Assembly: GCA_030704615.1 (NCBI GenBank)
Contig: CM060733.1
Span: 8,060,001-8,124,000 of the forward strand
Origin: Takakia lepidozioides
Lineage: Eukaryota; Plantae; Bryophyta
Length of the DNA stretch: 64,000 nt
Reading direction: 5' to 3'
Position numbers and translations under genes: made by a program. Of this stretch, positions 58,787-64,000 are shown piece by piece (position 1 is the stretch's first letter; each line of letters begins with the position of its first letter). Under the pieces are notes generated by a model that had not been told where the DNA came from, did no database searches, and saw only the letters and a list, made by a program, of their open reading frames with translations.

Positions 58787-60661
58787 ATGGAAAACCATAA
58801 ATTCAAGTACCGTCGCCACTTAGAATCGGTGTTGTCGTGGAGAAAACGCTTTGAAGCTCTGGTAGCCTGGAGGGTTGCATGCTGTATGATCACATTTCTA
58901 TTACTTTTTGGACTTACCAGGATCTTGTCACCTTCAAATTCTTATGAGTTGTCGGAACAGTCACATGGTTCTAGGGATAGAAGGTTTGTAGATAATTCAA
59001 TGAAGCAGAACCTACCCATGGAAAAATCAGTAGCGCCATTACCCTTAGAAGTATCCACCCTCATTGAAGCAATTAGAGAGGCCACAAAGGTTGCTGAAGC
59101 AGCCCGTAGTAGAAAGAAAAACCCAAAACCCTTCAAGTTTTCTGATAAAGAGAGAAGGAAATGGCACCAAGCGAATCCTTGCAACAGCCGCACTGAGCTC
59201 CGCCCTATGTACGCCCAACAACGGCATACCGACCTTTTGAGTTCTAACCCTTACTGGGATGCAGTCCTGGGAGAGTATGCCAAGCTTCATCGGACATGCA
59301 TGCAAAATGTTGGAAATGACATCGTTGCCTATATTCTCAGTAAAAACAGCAGCAGCGGGTGCAAATTTGTCATCGGTGACAATGAAAAAGGGACCGGATT
59401 GGGCAACAAGGTTCTATCTGCAGTCTCATCTTTGGTGTATGCGGTTCTTACTCAACGAGTTTTGCTCATTCCTGAATCAACATCAATCCCCGGTATAATG
59501 TGTGAGCCCTTTGAAGGATCGTCTTGGAAGGTAATTACTGATGGAGTTGTCACTCCTGCAAAACATCACCCAGCGGCATGGAACCATGTGCGGGATGTAT
59601 ATAAAGCGGTCGATGCGACAAAACGGGGTTGGAAGAATGTGAGTTCAATTTATGCGGCGAGAGCAATTGAGGACTGGGAGTGCCAGCCTGAGAAGAGGTT
59701 CTTCTGTGAGACTGAGCAGGAATTCTATACCCAAGTGACATGGGTCTACTTCAGTGAATGTCTCTACTTCCTTCCTAAGCTTTTTGCAGTCCCCAGGTTT
59801 CGGCAAGTGTTAGAGGCACTGTTCCCACTCAGAATGGCTCTTCCTCACTTGTTGCGGTCGACGATGCTTCCCTCAGATCCTGTATGGCTCCGCGTCAAGC
59901 AGGTGAACAATGTTTATTTGAAGCATGCAGATCACCGAATTGGAATTCAGCCACGTTATTTCTCCGGTAAGAAGGAGTTCCAGCAGCTGCATGTTCTATT
60001 CAATGCTGCCATTGCAAAGTGTGTTGTGGACAATGGCCTTCTCCCGAACACAAGTCTAACTAGCAATATTACCATGAATGTTGGCCCCGAGTCGGGAAAG
60101 CAGGTCGATGGGCTATCTCAAGGAACCTCGTCGGAATCACCACGTGGGGAAGTTTTCAGTGTGTTCATCACATCTCTGTATCTAGATTTGCGAGACCATC
60201 TTACAGAGATCTACGTGAGGAATCCTGCACCGACAGGCGATGCTGTCGGCATTATCCAGCTCACACATGAGGGCCAGCAGCAGTTTGGTGTGGAAGTAGA
60301 TACGCAGGCTCTCACGGAGGTGATTGCGCTCAGTTTGTCGGACGATCTCCTTGTGACACCCCAGTCCACCTTTGGGGCCTTAGCTCAGGGATATGGAGCT
60401 CTCACCCCCTGGTTTATAGACATCCGAGGCGACACTGACACTGGATGTGTGAGAGGGCAGACTGTTGATGCCTGCTACCAGATTCCCAATGATAAACACT
60501 ATGTGTGTCCTCATGATCCAGATCTAGACGGAAAAACAATTGCAGATGTGGTGCCCTACATCAAAGATTGCCACCTTATTGAGAAACCTTTCACACCTGT
60601 TCACGGTGCTGGTCTGGGGTTTCAGCTCATCACCAGCAGCAGGAAGGAGAGTAGTGATTAG
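58787..60661 (+). CDS. Xyloglucan fucosyltransferase family (GT37) protein, intronless, 624 aa
   Basis: N-terminal TM segment (VACCMITFLLLFGL), EYAKLHRTC, GLGNKVLS...YAVLTQRVLLI, MCEPFEGSSW, FFCE, RIGIQ, EVIALSLSDDLLVTPQSTFG..AQG.GALTPW. Confidence 0.95.
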   Translation: MENHKFKYRRHLESVLSWRKRFEALVAWRVACCMITFLLLFGLTRILSPSNSYELSEQSHGSRDRRFVDNSMKQNLPMEKSVAPLPLEVSTLIEAIREATKVAEAARSRKKNPKPFKFSDKERRKWHQANPCNSRTELRPMYAQQRHTDLLSSNPYWDAVLGEYAKLHRTCMQNVGNDIVAYILSKNSSSGCKFVIGDNEKGTGLGNKVLSAVSSLVYAVLTQRVLLIPESTSIPGIMCEPFEGSSWKVITDGVVTPAKHHPAAWNHVRDVYKAVDATKRGWKNVSSIYAARAIEDWECQPEKRFFCETEQEFYTQVTWVYFSECLYFLPKLFAVPRFRQVLEALFPLRMALPHLLRSTMLPSDPVWLRVKQVNNVYLKHADHRIGIQPRYFSGKKEFQQLHVLFNAAIAKCVVDNGLLPNTSLTSNITMNVGPESGKQVDGLSQGTSSESPRGEVFSVFITSLYLDLRDHLTEIYVRNPAPTGDAVGIIQLTHEGQQQFGVEVDTQALTEVIALSLSDDLLVTPQSTFGALAQGYGALTPWFIDIRGDTDTGCVRGQTVDACYQIPNDKHYVCPHDPDLDGKTIADVVPYIKDCHLIEKPFTPVHGAGLGFQLITSSRKESSD

Positions 60662-61541
60662 TGCTTAATTTTGTGATTCTAGTACTTACTAGATTATGAA
60701 GTCTTTGTAGAATTGGGTTTGTGCCTTAAGAATTGAGGTCAACTGCTCATAAGTCCCTCGGAATACTCTAAAGTTACGTTTGTTCAGAATTATTCATATT
60801 GATCTTCCCATAGGTGCTCAAATGGTAGCCTTTAATTTAGAAACAGAATTTGACCCACGTCCGAGAGATCGATGGGAAAATTTATCAAGGGAAACAGAAA
60901 AATATCATGATATACATGCGACACCTAGATCCTTCTCTCTTCTCCACCAACTCAGGAGCCTATCTTGCTTCTGTTGTTCTTGCCGAGCATGCCAACAGGG
61001 CGCAGGCCCCACATAGAATAGTACCTCAGGCTGCTCTTTTGGAAGGGGCAACTTTAAAAAGTCGATTTTGTCTACACGATGTATGGTTTGATCAGGTCAC
61101 TGCGAGCTTTACCATTCTTGTATACCGTACACTTGTACACCAAGTTCAAGTGATCATGCATAAGTTAAGGAGATCCAGGAATATCTTAAAGGACGGGCCC
61201 ACCTCGCGATAGGAAGTTTGCGTGACTCAGAGCATCCTTGTCAAGGTCGTCCCTACAAAGTGATTGCTAAGTGCTCTCCTCTTGTTATCTTTCTCTCCAA
61301 ATGGTGGACTGTGGAAAATAGAGTAGCGAAGAGCCGCGATAACAGTATGGCCGCATCTAACGGTTAGTATAGATGAAGTAGATCCTGATCATATGGCGTG
61401 CCAACAGGCAGACGTGAGAACGAAGCATAGAACAAGGAGAAGCGAGCCTGAGTTCTCCTACAAGACAATACAGAATTACGTAGACACCCCCATTGATGTC
61501 AGATCCTTTTAAATCCACTTCCTTCACTGAAATGGTAGGTA

Positions 61542-62066
61542 CCGTCCCTGGACAAATTTTTGCGCCTAATAATAAATTCAATCAATCAGCAAATTAGGCA
61601 CGTTTTGAAAACGATTTCTCACATTAGGCATCTTCATGCTATAATGTTTTAGAATTAGGCACATGAGGAGAAAACATTTATTTTCTTAAGAATAAAATTA
61701 CAAAATAGACACCCAATGCCCATGGGCCCTTCCAGGCTCCAGCTACCTTTCATTTCCTTTGAAACCCTAATATGATGACATTGTGGAGTCCATGCAAGGG
61801 CCTTTCGAAGTTACATGGAGCTCTCGCAAATAGATTGCGATTTGTAGGAAGTTATTTCCGCACGCATATATTTGTATTGATTTTTGTTCAATGAAATTTT
61901 GATCTTATTACAAACAACATGAGAAGAGGCTTGCAAATTTATTGCTGGAATTTTTGGGCATTAGGCACTTTGGTCCCATAGTTTCGGAACAATTATGCCA
62001 AAATCTGAAAAATTCACAGAGTTGGTTTTTGAATTAATTATCGCCTAAACGGTTGTCCAAGGACGG
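61542..62066. mobile_element. Tc1/mariner-type MITE, ~525 bp
   Basis: TA|CCGTCCCTGGACAA ... TTGTCCAAGGACGG|TA (14-bp TIR with one mismatch, TA TSD); internal ATTAGGCA/GCCTAA repeats. Confidence 0.85.
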
Positions 62067-62175
62067 TAGTTGCGCTGAATTGGTGTCAGTCTACTCAGAC
62101 ACACTGACACTCCAGTCTTGAAAAACAATTTTTTTTTTTTTTTTTTTTGGGGGGTTAAAGTATAACTGAAACCAA

Positions 62176-62391
62176 CAGTCAGTAGCTCTGATGGTTAAGT
62201 GCACTGAGTGCCACCCAGATGATTCTGGGGTCAAATCTTGCTACTGACGGGTGTGGTATGGATCCTGGCACTCATTCGCCTCCATGGCGCATAAATGAAA
62301 GAGGGTATTTTCTCCTCTCACTACTAAGGGGCCTGATTTGTGAGCTGTCGCTCCCAGGTGTTTCCCTTTTTTTTTAAATTAAAAAAAAAAA
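62176..62391 (+). mobile_element. tRNA-derived SINE
   Basis: Box A-like TAGCTCTGATGG, box B-like GGGTCAAATCT; 3' body CATGGCGCATAAATGAAA...GGGCCTGATTTGTG...CTCCCAGGT; T/A tail. Confidence 0.75.
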
Positions 62392-62401
62392 CTGTGTAAT
62401 T

Positions 62402-62457
62402 GTTTCTTCTTAAAAAAGGGCAACACCTGGGAGCGACAGCTCACAAATCAGGCCCCT
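62402..62457 (-). mobile_element. 5'-truncated copy of the same SINE in inverted orientation
   Basis: Reverse complement of ~62326-62372; 9-bp TSD TGTGTAATT at 62393-62401 and 62458-62466. Confidence 0.85.
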
Positions 62458-62635
62458 TGTGTAATTCAAGAGAGAATGAGAAAAAATTGATTTGTGATTT
62501 TTCATTGGGAAAATATTTTTCCTGTTAAATTTTCCTTTATTAATATTTTTAAAATTCATTTCAGACTCTTATTGTCAAGGAAAAACAATTGTCTTTAAAA
62601 AAACATCACAATCTTGGTTCGGAATTCAAGCACAT

Positions 62636-62878
62636 CGGCTGGTACCTCAGCTGGTAAGTGCACAATGTGTTGCCTTGGTGGTTCAGGGTTCAAACCCGCT
62701 GCCCTGCCCCGTGTGTGGATTCTTCGTGGTGTTTCTGTCTGGGCGTTGATCGTCCTGTAGGTCTCATGGCCCATAAATGAAAAGGGGTTAATTTTTCCCC
62801 CTCCTCAAGGGCCTGAATTGTGGGCCCTAAACCCTAAACCCTCCCAGGTTTCCCTTAAAAAGAAGTTTAAAAAAAAAA
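62636..62878 (+). mobile_element. tRNA-derived SINE of a related family, containing (CCCTAAA)2
   Basis: Box A-like TACCTCAGCTGG, box B GGTTCAAACCC; same 3' body as the 62176 SINE; A-rich tail. Confidence 0.78.
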
Positions 62879-63310
62879 CAAAGTAGTTAGTTGTTACATA
62901 ATGACAATTTTTGCTTCATGTGCTTTGTTGGTTTGCCTTCCATTGATATCATTCGTAATCTGCAGCAAATTCATCACTATACCGACATTCCTCTGGAATT
63001 CCTCCGGCGACATATCTGGAGGTGGAGGAAGGGGCAGAGCAGGAGGACTATGGTCGCACAGAAAACCACATTAGGCTTGTGTTGATAATGACTCCAAGCT
63101 TATACATCAACAAGTAGAGAAACAAAGGGCAAAAGGATGCGGATCCCTTCCGGGTGTCTTTTTTTTTTTCTGGGTTTGTATTTGAATTCATTTAGTCTGG
63201 AGCAACGGAGTCCGCCCATATTGGGTTTCATGTTGCATATCCCCATATATTTGTCGAAAAAAAGGGAAGGGGGAAAATTGCAAAATGGGGATCGAGTCGC
63301 TTGGTGACAT

Positions 63311-63392
63311 CGTCGCCTGAGAGATTCGAACTCTCGCGGGGAAACCCCATGTACTTAGCAGGCACACGCCTTAACCACTCGGCCAAAGCGAC
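63311..63392 (-). tRNA. trnS-GCU: tRNA-Ser (GCT), intronless
   Basis: GTCGCTTTGGCCGAGTGGTTAAGGCGTGTGCCT-GCT-AAGTACATGGGGTTTCCCCGCGAGAGTTCGAATCTCTCAGGCGACG: cloverleaf with long variable arm; upstream TATA-like tract at ~63422-63431; downstream T-run. Confidence 0.97.
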
Positions 63393-64000
63393 TCTGGTTG
63401 ATAGAAGGCACAATCCAAAGCTATATATATACACCTTCTTAACTTTGCAGTACTCTCGCTTTCTAAGTACAGTAACGAAACCTCCTCATATTCTTTCTCC
63501 TGTGTTCATCGTTGCAGAGGGAGGGAAGAAGTGTTGGCAAGGTCCCCCTTTGCAAGTACTCTTCCCAAGAGATCGGAAGTGAATCTTGTGTGGCTGCAAT
63601 TTTCTCCTTCTTTGCCTTCTTGGAAATTGTCACTTTCCGTCTAGTTTGCTTACAAGGGGCTTTATTTAAGATCTGCATCAACATTTCCAGCGCTACCTAT
63701 CTCCTTCAATGTTAGGTTGCTTATTCTCCTTCTGCTCAACTTTCTCCTTTTCTTGCAAATCCTGCTTCGGTAGCATCATTGTTGTTGTAGCTGATATCTC
63801 CTGCATTTGTTTTGGTGCTCTCAGATCAACTGGCGATACTTGAAATACCATGTTGTTGACTAGTTGAGTATTCCTTCAACACCACGTATCATACCACAGC
63901 CCACATCGAATGGCTTCATCACCAAAGTAGGGTTGCTCACTGACAATTAGTGGGATGCTGGGCTGCACAACTTACTTTTACTTTCTCTAGATGTGGCTCG

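Overview
Eukaryotic, spliced land-plant nuclear DNA, most likely a non-seed plant (bryophyte/lycophyte-like; inferred, not proven). The left half is gene-rich: the 3' end of a CCR1/CCR2-like receptor kinase, a 9-exon serine carboxypeptidase-like gene (-), a LYR-motif gene (+), and a ~22-kb multi-exon PHYLLO gene (-) that keeps a COMPLETE MenF/isochorismate-synthase module fused to MenD-MenC-MenH. A decayed copy of PHYLLO's last exon lies 2.7 kb downstream. PHYLLO and SCPL introns are full of 5'-truncated non-LTR retroelement 3' ends from two families, both with conserved RNA stem-loops; one family shows signs of target-site reuse. The right half is transposon-rich: an F-box pseudogene, a hAT MITE (8-bp TSD), and a ~10-kb decayed CACTA/En-Spm element. 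In that element TnpD and a TnpA-like gene are arranged head-to-head, and the TnpA-like gene has an FCP1/NIF-type HAD phosphatase domain embedded in it (the most unusual system seen). After it come tandem arrays, a CACTA MITE (3-bp TSD), an intronless GT37 fucosyltransferase, a Tc1/mariner MITE (TA TSD), tRNA-derived SINEs (one containing telomere repeats) and tRNA-Ser(GCT). All calls were made by eye; no database searches were run.
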